64,000 nucleotides of DNA from Eledone cirrhosa (Eukaryota): contig OZ024743.1 in assembly GCA_964016885.1 (NCBI GenBank), forward strand, positions 293,012,001 through 293,076,000, read 5' to 3'. A model generated the notes under the pieces. The model saw only the letters and a list, made by a program, of their open reading frames with translations, did not search any database and had not been told where the DNA came from. Positions within the stretch are counted from its first letter, which is position 1. Every line of letters starts with the position of its first letter. Shown one piece after another: positions 1 through 13,700 of this stretch. A program made the translations under genes and the position numbers.

Positions 1-80
1 TCTTTATGTTTAAGGGACATGCGTCGTACTAAACTGATCATAATTAGTGGCTTCCAACATATATATATATATATATATAT

Positions 81-282
81 ATAGGAAAATGTTTAACCCC
101 GACGGCAGGGCTCAAGCCGTTTTGATGGCTCTATCTGGTCGGCTGAGTCCAGAAATAGCCGTCGAAACGGCTTGAGCTCTGCCATCGGGTTAAACATTTT
201 CCTATTACCCACTCTACTATCTAAGTATTGAGTACTATGGTGCGTTATGGTCCATATGGTTCCTTACCACACTGCCTTCGTT
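81..282 (+). mobile_element. Short fold-back PLE-type terminal fragment in (TA)n
   Basis: Inverted arms at 81-138 and 149-205, then a ~76-bp tail (actctactatctaagtattgagtact...ccttcgtt). The same family recurs at 7676-7856, 21696-21860 and 26210-26340. Confidence 0.65.
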
Positions 283-299
283 ATATATATATATATATG

Positions 300-886
300 T
301 GAGTATTGAAGTTTGCTTGAAGCATTGTGGAATAATATGGTAAATTTCTTTAAGTCGTTTGGAAGCCTCGACAATGCAGATGGGTAAATCTCCGGATAAC
401 AAGATCCGGTGGTGGAGAGAGAGATGTAAGTGGGTGTACGTTGAGAAGCGTGGCGTGTATAAGACTGTAACGTGTAGAGGAATGAAGGAATGAACGTAAA
501 GGATAAAAATAAAAATAACAACACGAGAAAGAGTTATCTTGGAGAGATTTAATTGTCCCTATATATTTCGAATTCACATCCATCAACTGAGGGTTTTTCC
601 CGGGGGGTGGGAGGTTGTCTGTCGGAAAGGTGCGAAACGTGTCCTCCGCTGTTCGTTGTTTTGAATATCTGAGGTATTCAGCAGAGCGCGCGTGCGCGTG
701 AAATGGGGTCGGCCAGGCAGAGGTCAGCGGCCGAAGTAGTTCTTTCAATTGTGGGAGTGAGGTGGCGCTAGCTGTCAGTCTATCCTCTGCCTGTTTGGTG
801 AATGTTACTGTGTGTGTGTGTGTGTGCGTGTGTTGTTGCCTTGTTCCTCTGTATTGGCAGTGTAGTATGTTCGTATGGTGGAATGC

Positions 887-928
<42 letters not shown>

Positions 929-1580
929 GTTGCTGTCTCGCTTGTGCGTGTGTGTGTGCGTGTGTTGCTACATCGTTTGTTAACTTAAACCAACCACCTC
1001 ATATCGCTTCTCTCGGATCGGTTGTTTAATTGAGGCCCTAGTCGTTTAATCCAAAGTGCTTCCTTGATACGTAACATGCCGACGTTTCTTTCTGTCGCTA
1101 GAATTGTGACAATGGGCCTTCCGTCTATGTTTCCGCATTTGGCTATGTGTTTCCGGAAAGACGAGGCCCTGGTTTTAGTGTGTTCCTTGATCCGGATGTG
1201 CAACGGCCGGATTGTGCTACCTATATAGTATTGGTTGCACTTGTTACATTCTATCTTATACACGACCTATGTGCGTAGGGAACAGTTCGCATGGCGCATC
1301 GGGTAGTCTCTGAGGGAGCACGCGTCAGTTGATTTCCCGGGTGTCCTGGAGAGGCATCTTCGCGGGGAGGAGCCCGAGTGGGCCAGGTAATTGTCGAGGC
1401 GATCCCTCTGTATAACCTTGCGGATAGCGTTGGTGGTATGCTCGCCCAGGTGTGGCATTTTAAGGAAGCACTTGCCTTGGGTGCCTCTCTGTCTCTTGTG
1501 TCTGGTGTGTCCTACTCTGTCTGTGAGCGAGGTAGGATACCCGTTCGTCTCCAGCACCTCGAGGAATCGCTTGGTATGAG
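300..1580 (-). mobile_element. 5'-truncated Penelope-like element (RT thumb, GIY-YIG endonuclease, 3' non-coding region)
   Basis: LETNGYP thumb motif (1267-1557) and VYKIECNKCNQYYIGSTIRPLHIRIKEH...LRIKEALWIKRLGPQLN (985-1263). Bounded by (TA)n. Confidence 0.9.
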
Positions 1581-2457
1581 TGACACCAATATATATATAT
1601 ATATACTACATTGAAAATAAGATCAAATACTGGTAATTATATCCGATTTTTTATTAACACACGTTTCTTCCATCTTGCAGGATATAGAATTACTTACTAG
1701 TTAATTAATCATATAAACCAATTGGCCTTCAGGGTAATTGAATGTAATAATTTCTTCACCTACCTTCATGTGTTTTCGTATTTGAAAACGAATTATTCTA
1801 AATTATATACGTGTATACTAATATAAAGTAACATAAGATATGCAATATGTATAATGAATATGTTACTCAGTGAAAAAGCTCAGTGTATGGTTGCCCAGAG
1901 CATCAATAATTCAAATTCAAAAAATATATGTATTCGGTCATATATCGTTAGAGAAACATATAGCATTCTGTACATGTACACATACGTTTTAAGATAGAAA
2001 ATCTAAAATTGCTTATAGCACTGTTTCATATCTCCTAGAACCGAGTTGAAATTCGATCTTTGTAATCGATTATCGCTTACCAAATATCGATTTTTGGTAC
2101 AGCTTGGGTAGACGGGGAACTAATCGTCAGAGGAAATCGCCTCATTATGAAATCAATAAAATACAAAATACCTTTATATCTGTCATATTCAAAGAAATAG
2201 TCAACCCAGGCCACATTGGGTGAATTTACATTTAACAGTGAAGGGAGATATAAATAGGACTGGACGTCGCATCCGCTAGAAATAGGTCCAATGTACCAGT
2301 CACAGCACAAGCCTCTCAACAAATTAAGAATTTAGAGCAGATATATATTAATTTAAAGCATCATAACATACGGTATACAATACGTATAATGAATATATTT
2401 CTCAGTGAAAAAGGTCAATGGATATTTGTCCACAGTAGCAATAATTCAAATTTAATT

Positions 2458-2512
<55 letters not shown>

Positions 2513-2551
2513 ACACACACACACACACACACAACACACACACACACACAT

Positions 2552-2597
<46 letters not shown>

Positions 2598-2646
2598 ACA
2601 CACATACACACACACACACACACACGCACATATATATATATATATA

Positions 2647-3662
2647 CTAACAGCAGGACTCGGCATTGCACGGGGAAGGAAACGTGAAATAGCAACACAC
2701 ATATGCAAAGATTGAGGAATGTAGCTGTGTACTTTTTGAATTCCCTTATTCTGAGGGAATGATTGAGGAGCGATGTAGACAATTGAGTGAAAACCAAGTA
2801 AGGATGTAGGTTTAAGTAGGGATATTGAGATGACGAAATCAGCGTGGTAACGCAGCTGCAGCAGAAGGGGAGTCATAGTGCAATTAGCACCAACGCTGGG
2901 AGGCACTGGTTGCACTGCGTTTACACAGCAACAAAGGTGCGACAAAAGGGGTCACCGTGCAATTAACACAACCGCTGTTCGGCGTATTTGCGCAGGGCGT
3001 TCATACTGCAGTGTAGGTGCAACAAAAGGGGTCTTAGTAGAAGTAGCACAGACGTGAGTTTTACGGTGTCAATAACACGCCAACGTACACAGGGCCCGGA
3101 TTTGTGCGTGATGAAAGCATGAAGCGTCAACAGGGCGCCGACAAAACTTTTAAGGGCCTCCTCATATCCTCAATCTCCCGAAAATGTAAGTAAGTGTTGT
3201 GTCCTCTGTTAAAGAAACCAAATTTTTAGCGAAATATTATAAGCTACTTACGATGTTTAAGTAGCGTTTATATTCAAAATGAAAATGGCATTTAATGCCC
3301 AATGCTAATTCGTAAATTTATTAGAAACCATTAATGGAATCGGAAATCTTTTTTGCCCACAGCAATGCGAGGGGGCTAACTAATGTGTGCTGCAAATGTC
3401 GAGGAAATCGGCTGGATTATCTTTAAGTTACGCCTCAAAAAAGCCTAAAAATGTCTTTAAAATGCGGTGTTTCGCCTAATGTGGGCCCTAGGGCAGAAGA
3501 AGTTAAAAGTTTTTTTGCCCATTTCACTTCAAGAAATATAAGTAACGCATGTGTAAAGTTTGAAAAAAGTCGGTCGGGTAGTTCTCGAGTTTTAGGGATT
3601 TACACAGACAGACAGACACCAAGACAGACAGACAGACATTCTCTGTTTTATATATAGAGAGA
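2647..3662 (-). mobile_element. Non-autonomous Helitron
   Basis: The minus strand starts A|TCTCTCTATATATAAAA with (GTCT)n and ends cccgtgcaatgccgag...TTAG|T (degenerate CTAG). Confidence 0.75.
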
Positions 3663-3710
3663 TGTATATATGAATATATGAATATGTATGTATGTATATA
3701 TATATATTTA

Positions 3711-3824
<114 letters not shown>

Positions 3825-3875
3825 TAAAGATATATATAATTATATATATACATTAAATACTCTCACACACACGGA

Positions 3876-3961
<86 letters not shown>

Positions 3962-4059
3962 GAAATACCAAATTTCTTTATAATCCACCTCATCAAGCAG
4001 ATTCCACAATCTAGCAAGCTCTATATCGTTCATCCGACAACCAATATAATATTTTCATC

Positions 4060-4470
4060 CATCTTCAACATCAACTCTGGAAAATTTGTTGTTGGACATA
4101 GGCCTTCCCTGAGCTACGCACTACTTGCCATTCCTGACCAAAATATTTCAATTTTCCTGAGGTCGTTTCACCACTTGGTCTTCTGGCGGCCTTAGCTTCT
4201 TGTGTGACCTCATGGAGTCCAAAAGATGACGCGTGTGGTCCATCTGTTGTCAGTCATTCTGGAAGTGTCCCGCTCACTTCTATTTTGTTTTGCTAATTAT
4301 TTCTAGGATGTCGGGATGTTTTTTCCTCAGATCCCTTCGGTGGTTTTCAATCTCGCCATGTGATGTTTAACATGAAATTTTCGAGGGCGTTTTGCATTGT
4401 TTGTAGTTTTAGAGCTTGCTTTTTTTGTTGTTAGGTTGACAGTCGGCAGAGCACACTGTAAAACTTGACT
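4060..4470 (-). mobile_element. RTE-clade LINE 3' remnant
   Basis: The minus strand gives a decayed AGHF.RMTDNRWTTRVIFWTP...R..GRQKTKW motif. Confidence 0.65.
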
Positions 4471-4953
4471 TTTCAATATAATATACAAATTTCAATACAA
4501 AGTAGAAAGGTATGACTTTCACAACTCAAATTGGTGTATCGAACAGATGACTACGACATATTCTCGCTGGGTGATGAAGCATTTGCAACAAGGAACCATC
4601 GCCACACATTATAGAGCAAGCAATATAATTAGGAACATTTTAGTTGACATCACTTCAATCATAAATTGTTGTTGCTGAATATCGTTGATACGTGTTTGAT
4701 AAAACCTTATGTTGAAAGCTGGAAACTGATAGGTATGCGTTGTCATGATGGTTTTTCTTTTTCTTTTTCTTTTTCTTTTTTTTAAACATAAGTTATGCAT
4801 GACTCCACAATTCCTGAACGAGTTATTGGGGGCGCCGTATTGACATATGCCGTTACTAGGGCATTCTTTTAGACTAGCAGATCCTATCTTCTGTCTATGT
4901 CTGAATGTTAGAGAGTGAGAGAAAGGAAGTAAGAAAGAGATATAGAAGAAGAA

Positions 4954-5085
4954 TCGATCCCAGTACTTGACTGGTATTTTTTATCGACCTTAAATGTGTG
5001 AAAGGCGAAGTTAACCTCGGCGAGATTTGAACCCAGAGAGCTTAGTCTAAACGAATAGTGCAAAGCATTCTATCCGCTACCGCAA
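4954..5085 (-). mobile_element. Older degenerate copy of the Meta-core SINE (others at about 17410-17540 and 36750-36880)
   Basis: ctggtattttttatcgacc...gaaaggcgaagttaacctcggcgagatttgaacc. Confidence 0.65.
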
Positions 5086-5098
5086 TTCGCTACCGCAA

Positions 5099-6014
5099 TC
5101 TATATATATATAAAACTGTGGTTGTCTGTCTGTCTATCGATTTTTGGCACACATCTCCTCTTAGAATCTCTCACGGAATTGCACCGAAATTGCTATACTT
5201 GTACATTGAGCCCTAGCGAAGACATCGGAAAAAAAAAATTTCAAATTGACCCACCCTATGTGACGAAATCGAATATAATGTATCGATTTTTGAGCGTAAG
5301 TTATCAGTTATTTCCCTTTGTTCTGTTTACATTGAGCGTCCTACGTAAAAAATTACGCTGGCTTTAACAGTTGTCGAGCCAGCAAAATATTGACCTGCAA
5401 AATTCATCAGTTCGAACACTAAGCTTCCGTTTTGCTTCATTTCCATTTAAAAGCATTTTAAAACAATATTTTTACTTGAAAACAAGTCTATTTAAAGACT
5501 ACGTAAAACAAGCAAATATTTCGTCGTTAGGCGTGCAGACAGACAATCGTGCAGACAGACAGTCGTGCAGAGAGGTGATATAGGCGTGCAGACAGACAGT
5601 CGTGCAGAGAGGTGATATAAGCGTGCAGACAGACAGTCGTGCAGAGAGGTGATATAGGCGTGCAGACAGACAGTCGTGCAGAGAGGTGATATAGGCGTGC
5701 AGACAGACATAACTGATAATTTGGTTACGCTAATGTTTTTCTCTGCGTTGCAGTGTTTACATTTTCGATCTTTGTTAATAAATAACCAGTGCAGTTTCTA
5801 TCCCCAGCATCCTCTTTTGTTATAACATTCGGGTTATCGTTATGTTTTCTTAACTTCATAAGGCATATTGTTGGTTGAGGGAATATTAATCAAAAACACC
5901 ACATGCAAGTCTGCACAGTAGACACTACAGTTTTTAAGCCAAGAAAGAAACTTAACATTGTAACTTTAACACAGCTACTGAGCGACCCCGAGCAACGCCG
6001 GGCTTTACTGCTAG
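5099..6014 (+). mobile_element. Non-autonomous Helitron
   Basis: A|TCTATATATATATAAAA 5' end with (GTCT)n; subterminal hairpin cccgagcaacgccggg at 5987-6002; CTAG|T 3' end; no TSD. Confidence 0.88.
5529..5709. repeat. 37-bp minisatellite inside the Helitron
   Basis: Unit taggcgtgcagacagacagtcgtgcagagaggtgata starts at 5581, 5618, 5655 and 5692, with a variant unit from 5529. Confidence 0.92.
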
Positions 6015-7041
6015 TCCTATATAAAATTCCAAAAAAATCGAGGATATTATCGAAAGACGCGTGACTAGTAACAAAACAAAAACTAAAAATTAACGCACAG
6101 ATACAGCACACAATTAATCATACATGGTTTCTTGTAACGAGATATTTCACTGTGTTACATACTATATATATATTTGATATATATATCATTTATATTTAAA
6201 TGTATTTCATATTGATATATTTAAATACTGACTATGTATTTGTGAAATTTATTTATTTACAACGCAATTCTACGTAGCTACGAGATAGTGTTTCTCCTAT
6301 TAACATTTTCCACGAAAGGATATTCATACACATTTAACACTTAATAGTATACTTCTGAAATCAGATCTCATTCCTTTCTGAAAATTTCAAAATGATTCAA
6401 TCCATATATTGCGTCTAATTTGGCTTAACAATGGATTTCCTGCTGAAGATTCTGAGCAAACTGCAACCACTTCAATTTCTCCTTTCCTCTATAAGAGAGT
6501 ATTTTGGTCAGGCTACGAACTTTTCAACTGACTCTCGTTTAAATTGACCATTTTTACTGAAACCAACAATGCTTATTTCCCTTGATCTAGTGGAATATCC
6601 ATGATATGACAAGTGGTAGGAGATACGGCTGGTATATATTTTATCGACCACAACTTGACCACTGTATGATTTGAAATCAAAACGCATAGACCAGGTGAGA
6701 CAATATTTGGGTCATGGTTGAAAAACGCAGTAGAGAAGGAAAGAGAAAAGAGAAAAAGTGAGAGAGGAGATTATAGTTAAAATAAATAAAGGGGGTGAGG
6801 GGGAGAAACGTGCTATAACTGCAAGGTGTTATATGACAAGTGATATAGGGAATTTTTCCTTTTAGGAATTTTTGCTTTTGTAAATAAACACATATACATA
6901 CACTTCATATAAGTACACACATACTTAATATATGTGCGAGTGTATGTATGTGTGCATGCATATATATATACATGTGTGTGTGTGTGTGCGTGTGTGGGAG
7001 AGTAGTATATACATATATACATACACACACACACACACACC

Positions 7042-7123
<82 letters not shown>

Positions 7124-7148
7124 TATTAACAAATATATATATACATAT

Positions 7149-7217
<69 letters not shown>

Positions 7218-7528
7218 TATACAAATATATATGCATATATAAGACAATACCTTCCCTCTGACGTCACATAAAATTCAATATGTACATATAGCTTAATTGC
7301 TATATCTTATTGTTTTGTCTTGTCTCTTACTCCCCTGGACAGCGCTTTGGCTTGTGTCGGACGCTGTGACCCCGGGTGGAACAGCATTACCATTGGTAGT
7401 GGTCGAAACTACTAAAGGCTTTCTCAACGGCCGATGTCCCTGGAGTTCTGTGTCTTTCGTTTGTATTTATATTTCGAAATATATATATGATGTCCAAGCC
7501 TGGCGGCTGGAACACGTAACAGAGTAAT

Positions 7529-7572
<44 letters not shown>

Positions 7573-7634
7573 AGGGCGGGGAAAATTCCCGAGATCCATG
7601 GACGAGTTCTCTCCCTCATTATCGCTGCCATGTT

Positions 7635-7675
<41 letters not shown>

Positions 7676-7680
<5 letters not shown>

Positions 7681-7856
7681 AACGAGTAGGACCCCGACGG
7701 CTGAGCTCAAGCCGTTTCGAAGGCTAATTCTGGACTAAAAAGCTTGAGCTCAGCCGTCGGGGTCCTACTCGTTCCTATTACCCACTCTAGTACCCTAAGT
7801 ATTGAGTACTTTGGTGCGTTATGGTCCTCCTGGTTCCTTACCACATTTCCTTTGTT
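7676..7856 (+). mobile_element. Short fold-back PLE-type fragment (same family as 81-282)
   Basis: Inverted repeat ataggaacgagtaggaccccgacggctgagctcaagc and its reverse complement at 7742-7778, the shared tail, and (TA)n flanks. Confidence 0.65.
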
Positions 7857-8365
7857 ATATATATATATATATATGTAGGAGGTGAGTTTTATTGTAGCAT
7901 AATAAAGCAATGCACATATTATTAAACCCTTCAATATACAAACATTAATTTAACATTATTCTTAATCCCTTTATCTCTTCATGCATAAACCTCATTAACT
8001 TTTAATTTCAAATTTTTTTTAATTATCTATTATCTTCCAACGGCTTTTTAACTTCTCTCTGTGAGACAATATATATGTTTTTATCAGTTGTAAAGGCTAT
8101 CTCTCTCTCTCTATCACCCATCTCTCCTCCTCTCTCATCCCTCCTTCTTATACTCCTTGCCCCACCATTCTTTACTCTCATCACCTCCTTCTTATACTCC
8201 TTTCCCCACCATTCTTTACTCTCATCACCTCCTCTTCCTTACCTTTTCCACCCCACCCCCCTCACTTTTTCCCAATCTCATACATCAATCTTAAATTATT
8301 TTTCATATGTTGATTTAAAACTTCACTATTGACAAGTGTTTTTTAAGCTTCATATCATGTATCAA

Positions 8366-8436
8366 TATTTTATCTGATGAAAACGCAGATATCATCCCAT
8401 GATGATATTTGTTTTTGAAATGCGCATAATAAAATA
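8366..8436 (+). ncRNA. Type I hammerhead ribozyme, intact core
   Basis: Stem I TATTTTAT/ATAAAATA; CTGATGA 8374-8380; stem II hairpin cagatatcatc-ccat-gatgatatttg; GAAA 8417-8420; palindromic TGCGCA; ATA cleavage triplet. Confidence 0.85.
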
Positions 8437-8490
8437 CTTGGAACTCCTTTAACCATCTGTTGATCTTATATTATATATATATATATATAT

Positions 8491-8553
<63 letters not shown>

Positions 8554-8732
8554 CATATACATAAACGAGGCAAATAAACTACAATCATATATATATTTGA
8601 AAAAAGAAAAGAATGGCTTCACTTGTTCTAAAGAATTTGATTTAATTTTATAATATTATCATATTATGAGTTGGTAGATCTAGTATATCTATTAGATCTA
8701 CCAACTCATAATATTATAATTTCACACATTTT

Positions 8733-8849
<117 letters not shown>

Positions 8850-9065
8850 ATATAGATATACATGTGCACATATATATACATACACATACATACACTTATA
8901 TATATATATATTTATTTATACATATGTGTATATATATATGACATCACACCCGCACCCCCACCGACTTCATCCATCATAATACAAACAATTTATCCTATGA
9001 CGTAGCCTTCTATTTAAACAGCCAAACACGCATATGGATTTTCTCTCTCTTTCTCTCTCTTTCTG

Positions 9066-9169
<104 letters not shown>

Positions 9170-10743
9170 TCTTTCTCTTTCTCTCTTTCTCTCTCACTCT
9201 TTCACATATACACACGTCTCACCCACACATCTCACTCACCTCACATTCTGACCAACCAGCTTCATCTCTGTCATCACCACTCTTGTAACCCGTTTTCAAA
9301 AACATTGACAACTGTCGTCACACTACCTGTCATTTCTATAACAACTATTGCCTGTACTACTAACATGACCTTAGCTACCAATAAATACAAACAAAGTTAA
9401 ACTATAAAACCTGAAATCCTCCACATAGTTGTTCAACTTTCTAGAGATAGCAGCTTTATCTCACTCGAATCACATCCTCACCGCTTTCTCCCGGATTCAC
9501 TGCATATATTTTTGGATGGTCGAACTTAGAATGCCTGTGATCAAAGATCTACTCGATGAAGTTTGAGTTGGGCCAAAAAAATAGAAATAAATAGCAATAA
9601 TTTTATGCGGGCGCTTGACCTTCAATTTTCTCTCTATTAACCCTACTGTTTCTAAAAGGAAATACAGAATATATAATGTAGTCTCAGACATAGAAATGGG
9701 CATAATAACTTTTAATTTAGGATAATGCATATGGTTATGTGTTTGATCATATATCTGATCAAATGTTTTGTCATAAGACTGACCGTACGTCTGATCATGT
9801 TTGATCATAACTCTACACACGACTGATAATACTTCTGATCACTCAAAGACAAACCAACATGCTAGCCTCTAACCTACCTCTGTGTCGTCTCTTTCTGTCT
9901 ATTCTACCGGAAATACAATGACATCTGCTTCTTGAAACTCTCATGCCGCTATCTCCACTCAGGCACTCTCGACTCACTAAAGAATGTGCTGAGATCGTCA
10001 GACCTCTCGCTCTCTATCCTTGCTCTTATATTTCGAAAAAAAAGAGTGAACCTACAACATTTTAAAAATAATATCAATGGCATCAATATCCTCGCTCTTG
10101 GATGGCTTGTGAAGGCCATATGAACTAATCCTTCATATGGGCCTATCGAGTTAAAAATAAATTGTCAGGGATCGAAAAATGTGAAATCAAACTTACTAAT
10201 ATTCTCTTATAAATAACTCTAAATGTTTAAGTAGTCGATTTCTTAGAGAAAGAGCTGATAGTGTGCTGTGTAAGTTAATTTTCCGTTGACTCAATATAAT
10301 AATAACAAGGCTTCTTTGCGGGAGATCGTGTCAAGCATGTGAAACTTTTGAGCTGGAATCAAGAGTAACCTTTAGGGAAACAATATATGCACACATACAC
10401 AGAGATCCTTAAATAGATGATAGATACATAGACAGATAGACAGATAGATTGGTAGGTAGATAGATAGATATATAGATAGATAGATGGATAGATAGATAAA
10501 TAGATAGATAGATAGATAGATAGATAGATTTCTTTATTTACCATAAAGGCATAAAAAGAAGGGACAAATACAAAGGGGGAGTTTACATATAATCGAGTAA
10601 AAAGGGTGTAACATGAAAATAATCGAAAATAACCTCAAAAGGGAGGGGACGTGATGGGGGTTGCATACACCCCCGAAAAAGTGTGCAATCCTTTGCCCGG
10701 GGAGCACATGGAGAAGGTGCTCCCCTCTCCTTTACTTCTTTAC

Positions 10744-13700
10744 CTACAGGATGGTATACAGAGAAGGCCCATTTACACGAGCCATTCTCGCCACTATCAC
10801 CCACCTTTCATAAAACTGCCTGTGGCCAAGCACCTCTCTCTCCATTCTTATGCTTCTTCCGAAGTGATATCGGAAGAAGTAGACCAGACTATGGCCAGAG
10901 AGGAAGTTGCCTGACCTCAGACCTTTCAATCGTGTCCACCAAACAACCTCTTTCAACATGGCTATTACGCACAGAAAAACCGCCTTTGCTTCCTTTGTGA
11001 AGAGGGGAGGCGGTTTGATTGTCATCACGGACTCGGCGGTCAATTTAATCGGCGCCACCCGCGACAGCAGTTGTTCGGCGTAGCCCCACAGATCAGCCAC
11101 GCCCGGACATTGCACCAATGCGTGCGCTACGGTTTCTTCGTGACGCACGCATCTAGGGCAAATCTTTTTTGAGGGATCCCTGCCCGGGCGCCCGTGTCTG
11201 TAGAGCCTCTCTCGAACGGGTAGAGCCCCTCGGTAGCACTGCCAGGCCAGTGACTTCTGGAAGTTATCCATTGGTCCTGGGCCGAAAGTCCTACCGAACA
11301 GGCTGGCCAGTTCGTCTTCTTCCATGTCCAGCGACTCTCCAAGGGTGTCATCGCCCCTGCTAGCCACCAGCCCTCTATAGAATGATGAGGTGGATTCTCC
11401 ACCGATGGCCTGGCCCGCTTGCCAGAGAGCCCTGAGCGCCTGAGCACACTCAGTGTGCCAGTCTCCCAGTTTTCCGGATCTTTGCTTGACCCAGGACTGT
11501 AGCTCGGTGAGTGAGACGAGTCTCGGAAAGGCTCGTTTCACGAACGGAGCCCACACCGGTTGACCAGTGAGGAATACCTGTAGGTGCCGTAGCCTTAATG
11601 CGTGCCTACGCATCATCAACCACGGCAACCCCAGCCCTCCTTTCGAAGGTTGTTGGCAGCAGATGGATCTTCTCACCATAGGAGGACGCTTCTTCCAAAG
11701 AAATTGGAAGAGCATGCGTTCCATGGTGGTGAGTGTTTCCTTAGGGCAAGGCACGACAGTCAGGCGGTAGTAAGTGACGGACGCTATGTAAATGTTCGCC
11801 ACCTCCGCCCGGCCTTTTAGGGACAGCTTACACTTGGCCCATTTCTGGGTTAGTGCAAACACCTTGTTCGTAACCTCGTTCCAGTTCTTTTCCACCTGGA
11901 GGTCCGGTCTAAACCAGACCCCAAGCAACTTTAACGGGCCCTCCGTCCAGTGTCCGACGACACCGTCAGGAGGCATCGGTTTGCCTCTCCACGTTCCGAG
12001 TTGCAGCCCGATGGATTTTTCCCGGTTCAGTTTCGCTCCTGACAACCTTTCGTACTCCTCCAGTAAGGTACCGATCGCCTCGATCTCCGAGTCGGTTGAT
12101 ACCATTACTGTTACGTCATCGGCGTAGGCCGACACCGCTTTGCTCAATCCTGGTTCCAGGGGGATACCCTGCAACAACTCCAACTTCCTCAGTAAAGGCT
12201 CGAGAGTCAATACGTACAGAAGGGAGGAGAGAGGGCACCCCTGTCGAATGGATCGTGTGATTTCGAACGGCTTCGAAAGGTAGCCGTTCACCTTGATCTT
12301 AGAACAGATGTGGTTGCTATGTAGGGCAGTGATCCAGCCTCTGAAAACAGGACCGAACCCAGCCGCCGCTAGCACCGCATCCAGGTAACCATGGTCGACC
12401 CTATCGAAGGCCTTAGACTGATCCAAGTTGATCAGGGCCCCACCGAAGCCGGGTTTGTTGCCAACCCTCTCTATGATGTATCGCATGAGGTGGAGGTTAT
12501 CGTGAATGGACCTGGATGGGATAGCACATGTCTGCGCATCTCCCACCAGGCCACCCACGACAAGCGCCAACCTCTTTGCTAACACCTTGGCCAAAATCTT
12601 TAACTCTGTGTTTAGCAGGGTTATGGGCCGAAAATTATTTATACTATCCCCCTTGTTCTCGTCCTTCCTCACCAGCGTGACTACGCCCTTGGCTACAGAA
12701 CAAGGAATTCTCCCGTTCTGCTGCCAATTGCAGTAGACCGCTTCGAGGAGTTCGGAGAAGAAGACCGGCATTGCTAAATAAAGTTCGTAAGGTATACCAT
12801 CGAGACCTGGAGATTTGCGTCTGCTGCATTGGCTCAGCGCATCTCCGATCTCATCAGCCGAGATTGGTCCCTCGCAGGACTCTGCCTCTTCGTTCGAGAG
12901 ACGCGGCAGGCCGTCGAGGTATGGACCGAAATCCACGCCCCGGCCCGGACCCTCGCCTCCCCCGAACAATCGGGAAAAGTGCTTTTGAAAGGCCTCGCAC
13001 ATCTGCTTAGGCTCCCGGATCACTCGTCCATCTTCGTCTTGCAACGACCGGATGGTGGATCGATTTCCACTCTTAGCTTCTGTCACGCGGGCCCATCCAA
13101 CGGCTTTGGCCCCCTCATTACCTAGAGCACGTATTTTACTTCGAATGACGCAGCCTTCGTGCTTTGCATCGAAAAACTGGTTCAAGGCCGTCCTCGATGC
13201 CAGCACTCTGGCCACATCTTCGCTCTTGATTGCCTCTTCTAATTTACCTGTTAATTCTTTCTCGTTTCTATTCCTATCGGCAGCTAACATCTTGCTATAA
13301 CTTATTGATTCTGTTCTAATCTCTCTTTTGAGAGATGCCCACCATCGGTTGTTGACGATTGCATCCGTCAACCTCTCCTTAACTAATCTGCTAATCTGGT
13401 TTCTGTAAGTCCCTTTTGCCGGTAAAAACAAATTAAGTTTCCAGTAACCGGGACCCTGTCTATGTGTTTTCTCGAGATTGACCACGCAGGTCACTAATTT
13501 GTGATCCGTGTAGCCAACCGTGCGCATTTCTGGACAGCTTAATATGTCCCTATCCTTACTTCTAACTAAGAATCTATCTAAGTACGATCTAGATTGACCA
13601 CTGTGGTTCGTCAAAGTCCAGGTTGGCACAGTTTGAAAATCTAGTCGATATCTATCGACCAAGTTAAAACGGTCGAGTAACCCCTTGAGGCTGTTACACC

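Noticed and set aside
5529-5709. 37-bp repeats resembling a CRISPR array
   Set aside because: The units are contiguous with no unique spacers, there are no cas genes, and the context is eukaryotic.
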